Shown here: piece by piece, positions 46,637-57,429 of the stretch | Layout of the letters: each line of letters starts with the position of its first letter | Numbering within the stretch: position 1 is the first letter of the stretch | Source of the DNA: a virus | Lineage: Duplodnaviria > Caudoviricetes | DNA: 64,000 nucleotides | Reading direction: 5' to 3' (one strand) | Virus record (IMG/VR): IMGVR_UViG_3300024270_000002 | Program-made: the position numbers and the translations under genes | Notes under the pieces: generated by a model | Database searches by the model: none | Told to the model about the DNA's origin: nothing | Seen by the model: only the letters and a program-made list of their open reading frames with translations

Positions 46637-46899
46637 AAACAGTAATCGAATTGCCTTGCTCAGTTGGAGATACCATTTGGGCAAGGTCATGGTGTTATGG
46701 TGAAGCGGGTAATTGGAAGCCTTGGGTTATCACTAATCTTACTGTTACTGTTGGCAAGACCGGTATTTGGAATAGACGGTTTAGAGCTATGAAGTTGATT
46801 AATGGACAAACTTCTGTGCCTTCACTTGAATTTAGTATTGACGATATAGGACAAACAGTATTTTTGGAGGAGCCTAATGACAAAAATACCGATGAATAA
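46633..46899 (+). CDS. Hypothetical protein
   Basis: LPC.VGDT.W...IGQTVFL phage motif. Confidence 0.6.
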   Translation: MKTVIELPCSVGDTIWARSWCYGEAGNWKPWVITNLTVTVGKTGIWNRRFRAMKLINGQTSVPSLEFSIDDIGQTVFLEEPNDKNTDE

Positions 46900-47185
46900 A
46901 CTGACAGCTAATGTCGTTACACTTGCGGAGACCGATGAACTTTTAGCTGCAGTTGAATCAATTAAGCTTTGGCAGCTTGAAATTGAGTGTGCAGAAGAAG
47001 CTAAAAAGAAAGCAAGTGAATATTTAGATAAGGTACTTGCTGAATCTTTGAAACAATCATCCTTAAAGTTTTTGGAAGGAGAGCTTGTTGCTTTGCCAGA
47101 GTATCATAAAATATTTTGTTATGTGCATGAAGATTTTATTTCAATTCCAGTGCCTGAGGAGTATATAAATGAAGGAATTCTTTAA
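46877..47185 (+). CDS. Hypothetical protein
   Basis: Coupled ORF. Confidence 0.55.
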   Translation: MTKIPMNKLTANVVTLAETDELLAAVESIKLWQLEIECAEEAKKKASEYLDKVLAESLKQSSLKFLEGELVALPEYHKIFCYVHEDFISIPVPEEYINEGIL

Positions 47186-47738
47186 ACATCTTAAGATTAT
47201 TAGAACCCATAGAAAATATGTTAGAAAGGCTTGCTTTAAAGTAGGCCTTTGGTGGCAGGGGCTTACACATGACTTAAGTAAATACTCTATTACGGAACTC
47301 AAAATCTGTAAATATTATACCGGCAAAAAGAGTCCTCACCAAGTAGCGCGTGAGCAGCTTGGTTACTCGCCTTCTTGGATTCATCATTATCATACTAATA
47401 AACATCATTTTCAATACTGGTGGGATGAGGATGAAGAAGGTAAGATTATTCCTATGAAGATGCCTTATAAATATATTATGGAAAGTTTCTGTGATATGCT
47501 TGGTGCTTCTAAAGCCTATAATCCTGATAGGTGGGCACCTGAAATGCTTTTAGAGTACTGGGAAAATAAATGTAAAGGAAAGAGAATTCAGCACAAGGAG
47601 TCTGAAGAGTTTATTGGCTATCTTATTATGATGTTAGTATGTATGGAAGAAGAAGATTTCTTTGTATGGTATAAAGAATCCAAAGCTGAGCTAAAAGCGG
47701 CATACGAGGAGGGATTTGAATGGCCGAAACTTCTGTAA
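47169..47738 (+). CDS. DUF5662-like HD-type protein
   Basis: HDLSKYS, HHYHTNKHH, ESFCD. Confidence 0.7.
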   Translation: MKEFFKHLKIIRTHRKYVRKACFKVGLWWQGLTHDLSKYSITELKICKYYTGKKSPHQVAREQLGYSPSWIHHYHTNKHHFQYWWDEDEEGKIIPMKMPYKYIMESFCDMLGASKAYNPDRWAPEMLLEYWENKCKGKRIQHKESEEFIGYLIMMLVCMEEEDFFVWYKESKAELKAAYEEGFEWPKLL

Positions 47739-47968
47739 AAGATAGGGTACTTATTAGTGCAACAGAGCCTAGGACTACTTTTATTCCGGTAGAAAGCCGC
47801 CCACATATTACTATGTGTCAGTGCTGTTTACTTTGCGAAAATACACGAGAATTTATTAATGGCTATCCGCCTGGACCGAGTCCTTGGGTCTGTGATGAAT
47901 GTAGGGAGGCTATTGCTTTTGTAAAAGAAGTTAGGGCAGGTATTAAAGAAATTCCTGCTGCACAGTAA
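47720..47968 (+). CDS. Small Zn-binding protein
   Basis: CxxC...CDEC; similar to 48540. Confidence 0.5.
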   Translation: MAETSVKDRVLISATEPRTTFIPVESRPHITMCQCCLLCENTREFINGYPPGPSPWVCDECREAIAFVKEVRAGIKEIPAAQ

Positions 47969-48074
47969 AAAGAAATTAAAGCAAGTATTGCACTTCTTTA
48001 AAATACTAAGACAGGTTAGTAAAATAACCTGTCTTTTATTGTATTATATAGTATGAATTATTAAGGAGAAAACT

Positions 48075-48536
48075 ATGAAAAGACCTTCTTTAGATGAATA
48101 TTATCTTAATATTGCTAAAGCTGTTTCTGAACGTTCGACTTGTTTGAAGAAGCATTATGGCTGTGTAATAGTTAAGAATGGAGAGATTATTAGTACTGGC
48201 TATAATAATCCACCACGAGGAGAGCCACATTGCTGGCAGTGTACGAAAACCTGTACTGGTACGGGAGAAACAGCTTATCTTAGCTGTCCAAGCGTGCATG
48301 CAGAACAAAATGCAATAATTTCTGCTTCAAGAAATGAGATGCTGGGTGCCGACCTTTATTTAGCTGGATATGATGTAAAGTCCGGCGAGCCTATTGAGTG
48401 TGAAGCTTGGCCTTGTGAGATTTGTTTAAGACTTATTAAAAATGCAGGAATAGACCGTATTATAAATAGTAAAGATGTTATTTATATGCGCTCTGATGAT
48501 GGAATTCTGCTACAGCTTATAGAAAAGGAGTGTTAG
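48075..48536 (+). CDS. dCMP deaminase
   Basis: RSTC, GYN, HAEQNA, PCEIC. Confidence 0.9.
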   Translation: MKRPSLDEYYLNIAKAVSERSTCLKKHYGCVIVKNGEIISTGYNNPPRGEPHCWQCTKTCTGTGETAYLSCPSVHAEQNAIISASRNEMLGADLYLAGYDVKSGEPIECEAWPCEICLRLIKNAGIDRIINSKDVIYMRSDDGILLQLIEKEC

Positions 48537-48539
48537 ATT

Positions 48540-48797
48540 ATGGACAATAAAGTATATGTTTCTGTAAATTCTTCAACGGCTAATCCGCCTTCACATGTTT
48601 CACGTGTTGAACATTTGGATAAAATTATAGCTAATTCTGTCACTGCAGATATTATGGTCAGATGTGCTATTTGTGAAGAGCATGTTTCTATGAACTCTAA
48701 TGATTATAGGACTCAAGGAGTTTTTATTTGTGATAAATGTAAGGCGGCTATTAAGCACGTCAGAGATTATTTAGAAAATGGAGGAAGTGTAACATGA
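48540..48797 (+). CDS. Small Zn-binding protein
   Basis: CAIC...CDKC. Confidence 0.55.
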   Translation: MDNKVYVSVNSSTANPPSHVSRVEHLDKIIANSVTADIMVRCAICEEHVSMNSNDYRTQGVFICDKCKAAIKHVRDYLENGGSVT

Positions 48798-49282
48798 TTA
48801 TTGGAATTGTTTGTGTAGATCGAAACTTTGGCATCGGTAAAAAGAATGACCTTCTTTTTCATCTAAAGAAGGATATGGAGTTTTTTAAGAATACTACTAT
48901 GGATAGTATTGTATTCTGTGGATATAATACTCTCTTGAGTTTTCCAGGAAGTAAGCCACTGAAGCATCGTTCGACTATTTGCCTTTGTCCTGAAGGCATT
49001 GAAAGAGACGACTGCTTCTGTATTCATGATTTTAATACCGCAGTACAGCTTGTTAAGGAGCTTGCTAAGACTAAAAATGTGTATGTGATCGGTGGAGCCA
49101 TGCTCTATAAGTCGATGCTTCCTTACTACGATGAGGTGCTTGTGACTAAAGTAGATGCTGATGGCGGAGCAGAGGTTTTCTTCCCTAATCTTGACGAGTG
49201 TACTGAGTTTATAGCTCGACGTGTGTCAAGTTGTGAAGACATGGGATATGATACTAGTTTTTGGACTTACAAAAGAAAATAA
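48794..49282 (+). CDS. folA: Dihydrofolate reductase
   Basis: GIGKKNDL, DMEFF, PL..R, VIGGA, FFP. Confidence 0.9.
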   Translation: MIIGIVCVDRNFGIGKKNDLLFHLKKDMEFFKNTTMDSIVFCGYNTLLSFPGSKPLKHRSTICLCPEGIERDDCFCIHDFNTAVQLVKELAKTKNVYVIGGAMLYKSMLPYYDEVLVTKVDADGGAEVFFPNLDECTEFIARRVSSCEDMGYDTSFWTYKRK

Positions 49283-49300
49283 GGTATTAAGGAGAAACAA

Positions 49301-50035
49301 GTGTTAGATTTTTGTAAAGAGCTTCCTGGTGTTTGGAGCTGGGGTGAAGATGTTCCATTTCCAGATATTATAGAATATCTTACATCCTCTGAAAATAATA
49401 AAAGTAAAAACTTAAAGCTGGTACATATTGCAAGTAATTTTTATCAGTATTGTACTGCATATGGTCTTAATGACGAACATAAGCAGGTAGTTAAAAAACT
49501 TTATGAGAATAAACAACCAATTAATGATCAAGTTATTTTGGATATGGCGTTAAAGCATATCACAGTATTTATAAATGATGAATATTGTGTAGAAGAGGCT
49601 ATACTTAATAGTGAATATGGAACACGCTATAAATTACAATACTATAATAATACTCATAGCGGGCTTGGGCGGCCATTAACTTGGGAAGAACTACAGGAGC
49701 CTGATTTTATCAATGAAGATGGTTATTTGTTCGAAGCTAAGATGTGTTGGGAAGCTAATGCATCTAAATTTACTAGCGATGCAAATATAGATTATGAAAT
49801 TGACCCAGAAAACTTTAATGAAAAAGAGTTTTTAAAAGCCTTTAATAAGTTACCTCAGGCTAAAGCTATGCATAAGGCTCCGTTATGTTTCTGTTTAGTA
49901 AAGAAAAAGGCAACTTTTGGTTATGTAATCGGTATTAAAATACAAAAGGTTAATGGAGTCAATTGTGGTGTTAGTGCGAAGTTTCTCGGTCCATTAAAGG
50001 TGGATTACTTTAGAGCAAACTCAAAGTTTATTTAA
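49301..50035 (+). CDS. Putative PD-(D/E)XK nuclease
   Basis: PDFINEDGYLFEAK; resembles 61840. Confidence 0.45.
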   Translation: MLDFCKELPGVWSWGEDVPFPDIIEYLTSSENNKSKNLKLVHIASNFYQYCTAYGLNDEHKQVVKKLYENKQPINDQVILDMALKHITVFINDEYCVEEAILNSEYGTRYKLQYYNNTHSGLGRPLTWEELQEPDFINEDGYLFEAKMCWEANASKFTSDANIDYEIDPENFNEKEFLKAFNKLPQAKAMHKAPLCFCLVKKKATFGYVIGIKIQKVNGVNCGVSAKFLGPLKVDYFRANSKFI

Positions 50036-50083
50036 AATTTTAAGCTAAAATAATTACCCCTATAAAAGAAAGGAGTAAAATAT

Positions 50084-52312
50084 ATGTTACATTTACATCA
50101 TAGTGGCTTTGTAGAAGGCCCTTGGGTTGATAGCATTGATGTAAGAGATTTTATTCAAAAGAACTATAAACCTTATTACGGAGATGCTACTTTCCTTGAA
50201 GGTCCGACAGAGCGCACTAATAACCTAATGAAAACTGTTCAGCTTCTTTTTGAAGAGGAGCGTTGTAATAACGGAGTAAGAGCTATTGATACTGAGATAG
50301 TAAGTTCGCCAACAGCTTATGAACCTGGATATATTGATATAGATCAAGAAATTATTGTTGGCCTACAAACAGATGAACCGCTTAAAAGAGGTGTTGCTCC
50401 ATTTGGCGGTATTAGAATGGCAAGACAGGCATGCGAAGCTTACGGCTACAAGCTTAGTCCAAAAATCGAAGAAGAGTTTAAATATCGTACCACTCACAAT
50501 GATGGCGTTTTCAGAGCCTATACGGAGGAAATGCGAGCAGCTAGAAAGTCACACGTAATCACAGGGCTTCCTGATGCCTACGGACGCGGTCGCATTATCG
50601 GTGACTATCGTCGTGTTGCTTTGTATGGTATTGATAAGCTTATTGAAGAAAAAATTAAAGATAGAAAAAAGCTAGCTTCAGCTACTTTTAATACTGACAC
50701 AATCCGCTTAACTGAAGAGCTCCATCAGCAAATTGCGTTTCTTGGTAAAATTCAAGAAATGGCAAAGCAGTACGGTTTTGATATTAGCCAGCCCGCTAAA
50801 AATACAAGAGAAGCTATTCAGTGGACCTATTTTGCCTATCTCGCTTCAATTAAAGAGCAGAATGGTGCAGCAATGAGCCTCGGTCGTGTTTCTACATTTT
50901 TTGATATTTACGCTGAAAGAGACATTGCTCTTGGGGTTTTTACAGAGCAGGAAGTACAAGAGCTGTTTGATGATTTTGTAATTAAGTTACGACTGGCTAG
51001 ACACCTTAGAACACCTGAGTATAATGAGCTGTTCGGTGGTGACCCTATGTGGATCACCGAGGCAGTCGGCGGTATGGGTGAGGACGGAAGAACCCTTGTT
51101 TCTAAATCAAGTTTCAGAATTTTGAATACTTTGTATAATCTAGGTCCTGCTCCTGAGCCAAACTTGACAGTTTTGTGGTCTGAACAGTTACCAAAGCCAT
51201 TTAAAGAATTCTGTGCTAAAGTTTCTATTGATACTGACTCTATTCAGTATGAAAATGATGATATTATGAGGCCTGAGTATGGTGATGATTACGCTATCGC
51301 TTGTTGTGTTTCTGCAATGAAGATTGGCAAACAAATGCAATTTTTTGGAGCTAGATGTAATCTTCCTAAGCTTCTTTTAATTGCCTTAAATGGTGGTTAT
51401 GATACTACTTCCGATATTCATATAGGTCCTCAAATGGCTATTATGGATGGCGAAGTCTTAGACTACGAAAAAGTAAATGAAAGACTTGATATTTATATGC
51501 AGTGGTTATCTCATTTGTATGTAAATACTATGAACGTTATTCATTATATGCATGATAAATATTGCTATGAGAAAACTCAAATGGCTTTACATGATACTGA
51601 TGTACATCGCTTTATGGCTTTCGGTATCGCTGGCCTATCAGTTATTACTGATTCTATGAGTGCAATTTTAAAAGCAAAAGTTGAGCCAATTAGAGATGAT
51701 AGAGGTTATATCATAGATTTTAAAACTACTGGTAACTTCCCTTGCTATGGAAATGATATTGATGAAGTAGATTTTATAGCGAAAGATATTTCTCATCGAA
51801 TGATTACCTATCTAAGGCAGACGCCAGCATATAGAAATGCTGAACATACATTATCTATTCTTACTATTACTTCTAATGTAATGTACGGTAAACACACTGG
51901 TGCAACTCCTGATGGACGAAAAGCTGGTGAGCCTTTTGCGCCAGGTGCTAATCCAATGCATGGTAGAGATTGGACTGGACCTTTAGCTTCACTCAATTCA
52001 GTAGCAAAGCTTTCGTATGATGACTGTAGAGATGGCATTTCTAATACTTTCTCAATTATTCCATCAGCGCTAGGCCATTCTGTTGAAAATATGGTTTCTA
52101 ACTTAGTGGCAATTCTTGATGGTTATTTTAAACAAAAAGCACATCACCTTAATGTTAATGTTATGAATAGAGAAACACTCCTGGATGCATATGATCATCC
52201 GGAGAAATATCCAAACTTAACAATTCGTGTAAGCGGTTATGCAGTCCACTTTAATAAGCTTTCACGCGCACAGCAAAGAGAAGTAATTAGTAGAACTTTC
52301 CATAGTATGTGA
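50084..52312 (+). CDS. pflB: Pyruvate formate-lyase
   Basis: [30 protein letters not shown] glycyl-radical loop. Confidence 0.95.
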   Translation: MLHLHHSGFVEGPWVDSIDVRDFIQKNYKPYYGDATFLEGPTERTNNLMKTVQLLFEEERCNNGVRAIDTEIVSSPTAYEPGYIDIDQEIIVGLQTDEPLKRGVAPFGGIRMARQACEAYGYKLSPKIEEEFKYRTTHNDGVFRAYTEEMRAARKSHVITGLPDAYGRGRIIGDYRRVALYGIDKLIEEKIKDRKKLASATFNTDTIRLTEELHQQIAFLGKIQEMAKQYGFDISQPAKNTREAIQWTYFAYLASIKEQNGAAMSLGRVSTFFDIYAERDIALGVFTEQEVQELFDDFVIKLRLARHLRTPEYNELFGGDPMWITEAVGGMGEDGRTLVSKSSFRILNTLYNLGPAPEPNLTVLWSEQLPKPFKEFCAKVSIDTDSIQYENDDIMRPEYGDDYAIACCVSAMKIGKQMQFFGARCNLPKLLLIALNGGYDTTSDIHIGPQMAIMDGEVLDYEKVNERLDIYMQWLSHLYVNTMNVIHYMHDKYCYEKTQMALHDTDVHRFMAFGIAGLSVITDSMSAILKAKVEPIRDDRGYIIDFKTTGNFPCYGNDIDEVDFIAKDISHRMITYLRQTPAYRNAEHTLSILTITSNVMYGKHTGATPDGRKAGEPFAPGANPMHGRDWTGPLASLNSVAKLSYDDCRDGISNTFSIIPSALGHSVENMVSNLVAILDGYFKQKAHHLNVNVMNRETLLDAYDHPEKYPNLTIRVSGYAVHFNKLSRAQQREVISRTFHSM

Positions 52313-52320
52313 GGTAATTT

Positions 52321-52497
52321 ATGCAACAAAACAAAAAGCTGACACCATGCTCATTTTGTGTGTATCACACTGCTTCCGGCTGTAGCGCTAAACCAAATAG
52401 TGCTTATTGTACAGAAGCTAAAAATGAATATTGGCAGTACATAAATAATAAAAAGCAACCACAAGTAAAATCGTTAAGAAAATGGGACACAAAATAA
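52321..52497 (+). CDS. Small Cys-rich protein
   Basis: SD GAGGT; PCSFC...C...C; not in the ORF track. Confidence 0.5.
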   Translation: MQQNKKLTPCSFCVYHTASGCSAKPNSAYCTEAKNEYWQYINNKKQPQVKSLRKWDTK

Positions 52498-52555
52498 AAA
52501 TGTGCTTGAATTAATTAGCTAAATTAAATAAGGAAGCTGAAAAGTTTCCTTATAT

Positions 52556-52665
52556 TGATACAAGCATAATAAACTCAAGCGATACTAAAAGATACCAAAA
52601 GATAAATTAAAAGATACCTTTATAATAAAATATAAGATACCTATAATTTAATACTTTTATATCTT
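52556..52665 (+). repeat. AT-rich cluster of (AA)GATAC direct repeats; candidate replication origin
   Basis: About five GATAC copies in an AT-rich intergenic stretch upstream of the replication genes. Confidence 0.4.
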
Positions 52666-52782
52666 TTTAAGTAGCCGCTCGGGAAATATTCTGGGCGGTT
52701 TTATTTTTATCTTATAGCAAATTTTCAAAAAACTACACTGTATTATATTATATAAAAATTATTTAAAAGGAGAATTAAACCA

Positions 52783-53313
52783 ATGATTAAATTTTTTATT
52801 GAACCAGGTTATGATGTACAGGCACCCGAGAGAGACTACGGAAACGGTGGAGTAGACTTTTTTATTCCTTGCTACACAAAAATCTTTGAAGATGCTTTTG
52901 AAGCAAAGAATATTCCTGATAATGCCTTCATTTGTACTGATAGCACTGGTAGAACCGTAATTCGTATTATGCCACACGGTCGTGCAAATATTCCTTCTGG
53001 CGTACGTAGTTTTATTTCTACTAACGTAGCACTTGAAGCACAGAATAAGTCAGGTATTGCAACTAAGTACGGTCTTGTTTATGGCGCGTCTGTTGTAGAT
53101 GCAAATTATCAGGGTATTATTCATATTTCACTTATTAATACTACTAATCAGTCAGTAGACCTTCCGCTTGGAATGAAGGCAGTACAATTTTTGCCTAGGC
53201 TTATCGATATTTCTCCTATTGAAGTGTATAATAATATGTCGCTTGATGAGTTCTACAAAGACTTTGAGTTTTCCAATCGTGGAGAAGGAGCTTTCGGTTC
53301 AACAGGCGTTTAA
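52783..53313 (+). CDS. dut: dUTPase (trimeric)
   Basis: GVDF, NKSG, VVDANYQG, RGEGAFGSTG. Confidence 0.9.
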   Translation: MIKFFIEPGYDVQAPERDYGNGGVDFFIPCYTKIFEDAFEAKNIPDNAFICTDSTGRTVIRIMPHGRANIPSGVRSFISTNVALEAQNKSGIATKYGLVYGASVVDANYQGIIHISLINTTNQSVDLPLGMKAVQFLPRLIDISPIEVYNNMSLDEFYKDFEFSNRGEGAFGSTGV

Positions 53314-53335
53314 GAAATATCTCGGAGGAATTTAA

Positions 53336-54013
53336 ATGTCAACTTGTTTTTTGTATGAAGTTTGTAATCACAAAGACTGTGATAAAGACTTTTGTCTCAG
53401 AAAATATAAAATGGACTCGCTATACTCAGCAGCTCTTATGACAGAGAGTCAGAAGAAGCATATTACTTTGAGAGTAGATGAGGACGGAACAGACCTTGAG
53501 CAGTTTAAGCAGCTTGCAGCTATTGAGCAGGATATTGTTAATTTTATCGGTAGTGGTAAAAACTTGTATCTTCACTCAGCTAATTGTGGAAATGGTAAAA
53601 GTTCATGGAGTCTTCGTTTGGCAGAAGCTTACTTTAATAAAATTTGGGCACGAACAGAGGTAAAGTGCCGTGTACTGTTTATTAGTGTACCAAGATTCTT
53701 ACTGGCGCTCAAGGATGATATTACAACTAAAAATGCGTATGTAGCATATATCAAAGAAAACGTTTTGGAAGCAGACCTTGTTATTTGGGATGACATTGCT
53801 GCCAAAATGGGTTCAGAATTTGAACTTACTCATTTATTAAATATTATTGATAATCGTCTCGCCCTTGGAAAGTCTAATATCTATACATCTAATTTAAATA
53901 GACAGCAGCTTTATAATGCTTTGGGTGAGAGACTTACAAGCAGAATTGCAAATATGTCAATAGACATTGAGCTTTTCGGCGCAGATAAAAGAGTTTTAAA
54001 AATTGGAGGCTAA
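53336..54013 (+). CDS. DnaC/IstB-like helicase loader
   Basis: GNGKS, LVIWDDI, IYTSN, RLTSRI. Confidence 0.8.
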   Translation: MSTCFLYEVCNHKDCDKDFCLRKYKMDSLYSAALMTESQKKHITLRVDEDGTDLEQFKQLAAIEQDIVNFIGSGKNLYLHSANCGNGKSSWSLRLAEAYFNKIWARTEVKCRVLFISVPRFLLALKDDITTKNAYVAYIKENVLEADLVIWDDIAAKMGSEFELTHLLNIIDNRLALGKSNIYTSNLNRQQLYNALGERLTSRIANMSIDIELFGADKRVLKIGG

Positions 54014-54016
54014 ACA

Positions 54017-55330
54017 ATGATTGCACAATTTCAGATTATTAATAAAGTACTCCAGAACAAAGATTATTCTTTTATCACTTTAAATAACCTTACTGCTGAT
54101 CACTTCTATGGATATAAGGCAGAATATGAGTTTATTAAGGCTCATTATAATACTTATCATACCGTTCCTGATCGCCTTACTTTCGTTCAGCACTTCCCTG
54201 AATTTGTTATTCAGGATGTAAATGAGCCTGATAATTATTTGATTGAGCAGCTTTATAACGACTACAATCAGAGTTATCTTGCTACTCGTCTTAATAACTT
54301 AAAGAGGCTTTTGGAAGCCGACGATACTACTGGAGCAATGCAGTATTTCAAGGATTCTCTTGATAAGCTTCACACGGGCTCAGCACTTCAGTGCACTGAT
54401 ATTATGTCAGATACTTCAAGATATGATCGTTATCTTGATATGATTGCAAATCAGTCTAAATACTTTATTTCTACTGGCTTCCCTGAGCTTGATAAGATTA
54501 TTACAGGTATTGACCGTAGAAATGAGAATATGGTTATTGCAGCTCGTTCAGGTGTTGGTAAGTCTTGGGTTATGTTGTTGATCGCGGCAGCTGCTGCTAA
54601 GCAGGGCCTGACGGTAGGTATTTATTCAGGTGAAATGTCAGTAGACAAGGTAGCTTATCGTCTTGATACTCTTCTTGGTAAGATTGATAACAAGAAAATT
54701 TCCCGTGGTGACCTTTACTACAAGGACCATTATAAGAATTATTTGGACAGTCTTAAATGTTCTGGCTATGGACCGATTAAGGTACTTACGCCAAATGATA
54801 TTGCAGGTCCCGCAACAGTAGATGCTCTTCAGGCATTTATTGAGAAAGAAAATCTTGATATCCTGTTTGTAGACCAGTATTCACTTTTGGAAGATAATAG
54901 CAGAGCCAAGGTAGCTCATGAAAAGGTTGCTAATATCTCCAAGTCTATTAAGAACTTACAGGTTCTCAAGCAGATCCCGATTATTGCTGTATCTCAGATG
55001 AATAGAACTAAGAATGAAGATAAGTCTCAGGACACTTCTCAGATTGCACTTTCTGACCGTATCGGACAGGATGCTACGGTTATTCTGATGCTTGATAAGC
55101 AGGATGCCGAAGATCCTAATCATCCCGGCGCTCATAAAGTAACAGTTAATATTGTAAAGTCAAGAGATGGCGGTGACGGTAGAAAGCTCGACTACCTGTG
55201 GAACTTCAACACAGGTGATTATCGTTATATTTCAAATGGTAATGACGGAGTGACCTCAGAAGAAGATTTTGAAGAAATTGAGAATAGCTATAGCATGAAC
55301 TACCCGCCTGATGATGACTGCCCTTTTTAA
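54017..55330 (+). CDS. dnaB: Replicative DnaB-like helicase
   Basis: TGFPELD, ARSGVGKS, SGEM, FVDQ, VSQMNR, KSRDG. Confidence 0.88.
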   Translation: MIAQFQIINKVLQNKDYSFITLNNLTADHFYGYKAEYEFIKAHYNTYHTVPDRLTFVQHFPEFVIQDVNEPDNYLIEQLYNDYNQSYLATRLNNLKRLLEADDTTGAMQYFKDSLDKLHTGSALQCTDIMSDTSRYDRYLDMIANQSKYFISTGFPELDKIITGIDRRNENMVIAARSGVGKSWVMLLIAAAAAKQGLTVGIYSGEMSVDKVAYRLDTLLGKIDNKKISRGDLYYKDHYKNYLDSLKCSGYGPIKVLTPNDIAGPATVDALQAFIEKENLDILFVDQYSLLEDNSRAKVAHEKVANISKSIKNLQVLKQIPIIAVSQMNRTKNEDKSQDTSQIALSDRIGQDATVILMLDKQDAEDPNHPGAHKVTVNIVKSRDGGDGRKLDYLWNFNTGDYRYISNGNDGVTSEEDFEEIENSYSMNYPPDDDCPF

Positions 55331-55340
55331 GGAGTAACAT

Positions 55341-56312
55341 ATGCCAGTACTTAGAGTTGATAATTATATAATTGAAACGCCTCTTTATGAGATAGTATGT
55401 CAACTCAAGATGGCGTTAACAAATGGTAAACTTAGAGAAATAAAGTCTTGGAGCGAAGGTGATGACAATATCGTTGTCACCTGCCCCAACAGACACCATA
55501 AAAATGGCCGTGAAGCACATGCGGCAATGAATATCTACGTAGGAACCAGCTCAAAGATTCCGTATGGATATTGTAAATGTTGGTCTTGTGACTTCCAGTG
55601 TAGCTTTGTTAAGTTTGTAGCGGAGTGCTTTGAGTGTTCAGAAGAGTTTGCTAAGAATTGGCTTAAAGATAAATATGGTAAAATATCTAGCTCAGGCATT
55701 ACTTTGTGTGATGATATTGTTATAAAACAGAATAAAATGCCTGTCCGTATGCCACCGAGCTATTTAGACGCTTTTCAAGACTGGCACCCGTATTTAGCTC
55801 AAAGAAAACTTTCAAGAGAAGTCTGTGAGCTATTTAAAGTAAAGTATGACCCGCAAACAAGCCAGATCGTTTTTCCGTGCTTTGATGTTGCTGGAAAAAT
55901 TATTATGGCTCCGAGAAGGTCTATCTATAATAAAACTTTCTATATTAATAAAGATCAAGATAAGCCTGTTTACTGTCTTGATTATATCATAAAAAATAAT
56001 ATTTCAACAGCAATGGTTTGTGAAGGCCCGATAGATGTACTTACTTGTTATACTTATGGGTATCCGGCAATCGGTACCTGGGGCAATCCCTCACCTACAC
56101 AAATAGATGCAATAAATAAATCACCTATTAAGGTTCTTTATATAGCTATGGATAATGATTGGGCAGGGCAAAGAATGGCTAACGTAATAAAAGCTGGCCT
56201 TGATCCACGAATTATTATAAAAAAAGTTCATTGGCTTCCAAATAAAAAAGACCCAAATGAACACTCTTATGAAGAATTTCAAAAAGTTATGAATGAAGCT
56301 AAAAATTCATAA
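55341..56312 (+). CDS. DNA primase (Zn finger plus TOPRIM)
   Basis: CP..H...CWSC, CEGPID, MDND.AG, KDPNE. Confidence 0.85.
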   Translation: MPVLRVDNYIIETPLYEIVCQLKMALTNGKLREIKSWSEGDDNIVVTCPNRHHKNGREAHAAMNIYVGTSSKIPYGYCKCWSCDFQCSFVKFVAECFECSEEFAKNWLKDKYGKISSSGITLCDDIVIKQNKMPVRMPPSYLDAFQDWHPYLAQRKLSREVCELFKVKYDPQTSQIVFPCFDVAGKIIMAPRRSIYNKTFYINKDQDKPVYCLDYIIKNNISTAMVCEGPIDVLTCYTYGYPAIGTWGNPSPTQIDAINKSPIKVLYIAMDNDWAGQRMANVIKAGLDPRIIIKKVHWLPNKKDPNEHSYEEFQKVMNEAKNS

Positions 56313-56405
56313 ATCACATTGTATTATATAATATCGGCTGACATCCGATAAATATAAAAAATAAATAAAAAATACAAAAACAATACCAAAGGAGAAAATT
56401 CAAAA

Positions 56406-57308
56406 ATGTCAAATTCTACGTTTAATTTCGCACAGTATCAGCAGATCGCAGCTCAGGAGCAGACCCAGTCCGGCGACGGCACTAAGATTGGTTATTTCAA
56501 GCTCAAAGATGATGGCGACATCGCTATCGCACGTATCAACCTCAGTTCTACCGATGAGTTTATGTTCGCAGCAGTTCATACTCTTCAGGTAGGTGGTAAG
56601 TGGATGAAGGTAAGTTGCCACAATCCTCTCGGCATGAACGCAGCTGGCTGTCCTCTTTGCTCTGCCCATCAGGCAAATCCTAAGGGCTCTATTAGCAAGT
56701 CCGCTAAGAAGATGTTCATTCCTATGCTCGTTTCTTACCGTGATCCTCAGTCTGCAACCGGTTATACACCTGTTACTCCCGTTATTTGGGATCGTCCTGC
56801 TCAGTTCTCTCGTGAGCTTGCTAATAAGCTTATGGTAGCAGGTAATCTTAAGGATGTTCTCGTTCTCATTACCCGTAACGGTAAGGCGGGTGACATGCAG
56901 ACTACTTACTCTGTAGACGTTCTTCCTGCAACTCATCCCGTATTTAAGCCTGAGATGATTCCCGCTGACTTCAGTGCTTTCAATAACTTTAATATCGCTA
57001 AGCACTCCTACTGGGAAAAGACTGTTGAGGAAATTAACACCTTCCTTGCTACCGGTCAGTTCCCTGAGGTTCCTAAGGCAAACAACCAGCAGACTGTAAA
57101 TAACGCAGCAACTTCTGCTAACACTTATGCAGCTCCTGCAACTCCTGCTTACACGGCACCTACTCAGACAGTTCCTACTCAGACAGTTCCTGCCTACACT
57201 GCTCCTGCTTATAATGCGGTTAATACCGCACCTGCAACAGCTCCCGCTATTAACACTGCTGGTTCCGAGCAGACTCCTGTGAGAAACTTCTCCGGCTTCA
57301 GCTTCTAA
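56406..57308 (+). CDS. Single-stranded DNA-binding protein
   Basis: YFKLKDDGD, CPLC, ITRNG..GDMQTTY; flexible tail ending FSF; between primase and polA. Confidence 0.7.
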   Translation: MSNSTFNFAQYQQIAAQEQTQSGDGTKIGYFKLKDDGDIAIARINLSSTDEFMFAAVHTLQVGGKWMKVSCHNPLGMNAAGCPLCSAHQANPKGSISKSAKKMFIPMLVSYRDPQSATGYTPVTPVIWDRPAQFSRELANKLMVAGNLKDVLVLITRNGKAGDMQTTYSVDVLPATHPVFKPEMIPADFSAFNNFNIAKHSYWEKTVEEINTFLATGQFPEVPKANNQQTVNNAATSANTYAAPATPAYTAPTQTVPTQTVPAYTAPAYNAVNTAPATAPAINTAGSEQTPVRNFSGFSF

Positions 57309-57429
57309 TCTCAATTAGTTAAAACAAGATTAGGCTAATCTAAATTATACAAATTTAAAAGACGGGTCTAAAACGATCCGTCTTTTATTGTATTATATTA
57401 TATAAAATATATTTTAAGCGAGGTTATAC

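Noticed and set aside
56409-57314. 301-aa minus-strand ORF
   Set aside because: Antisense mirror of the SSB gene, caused by codon bias.
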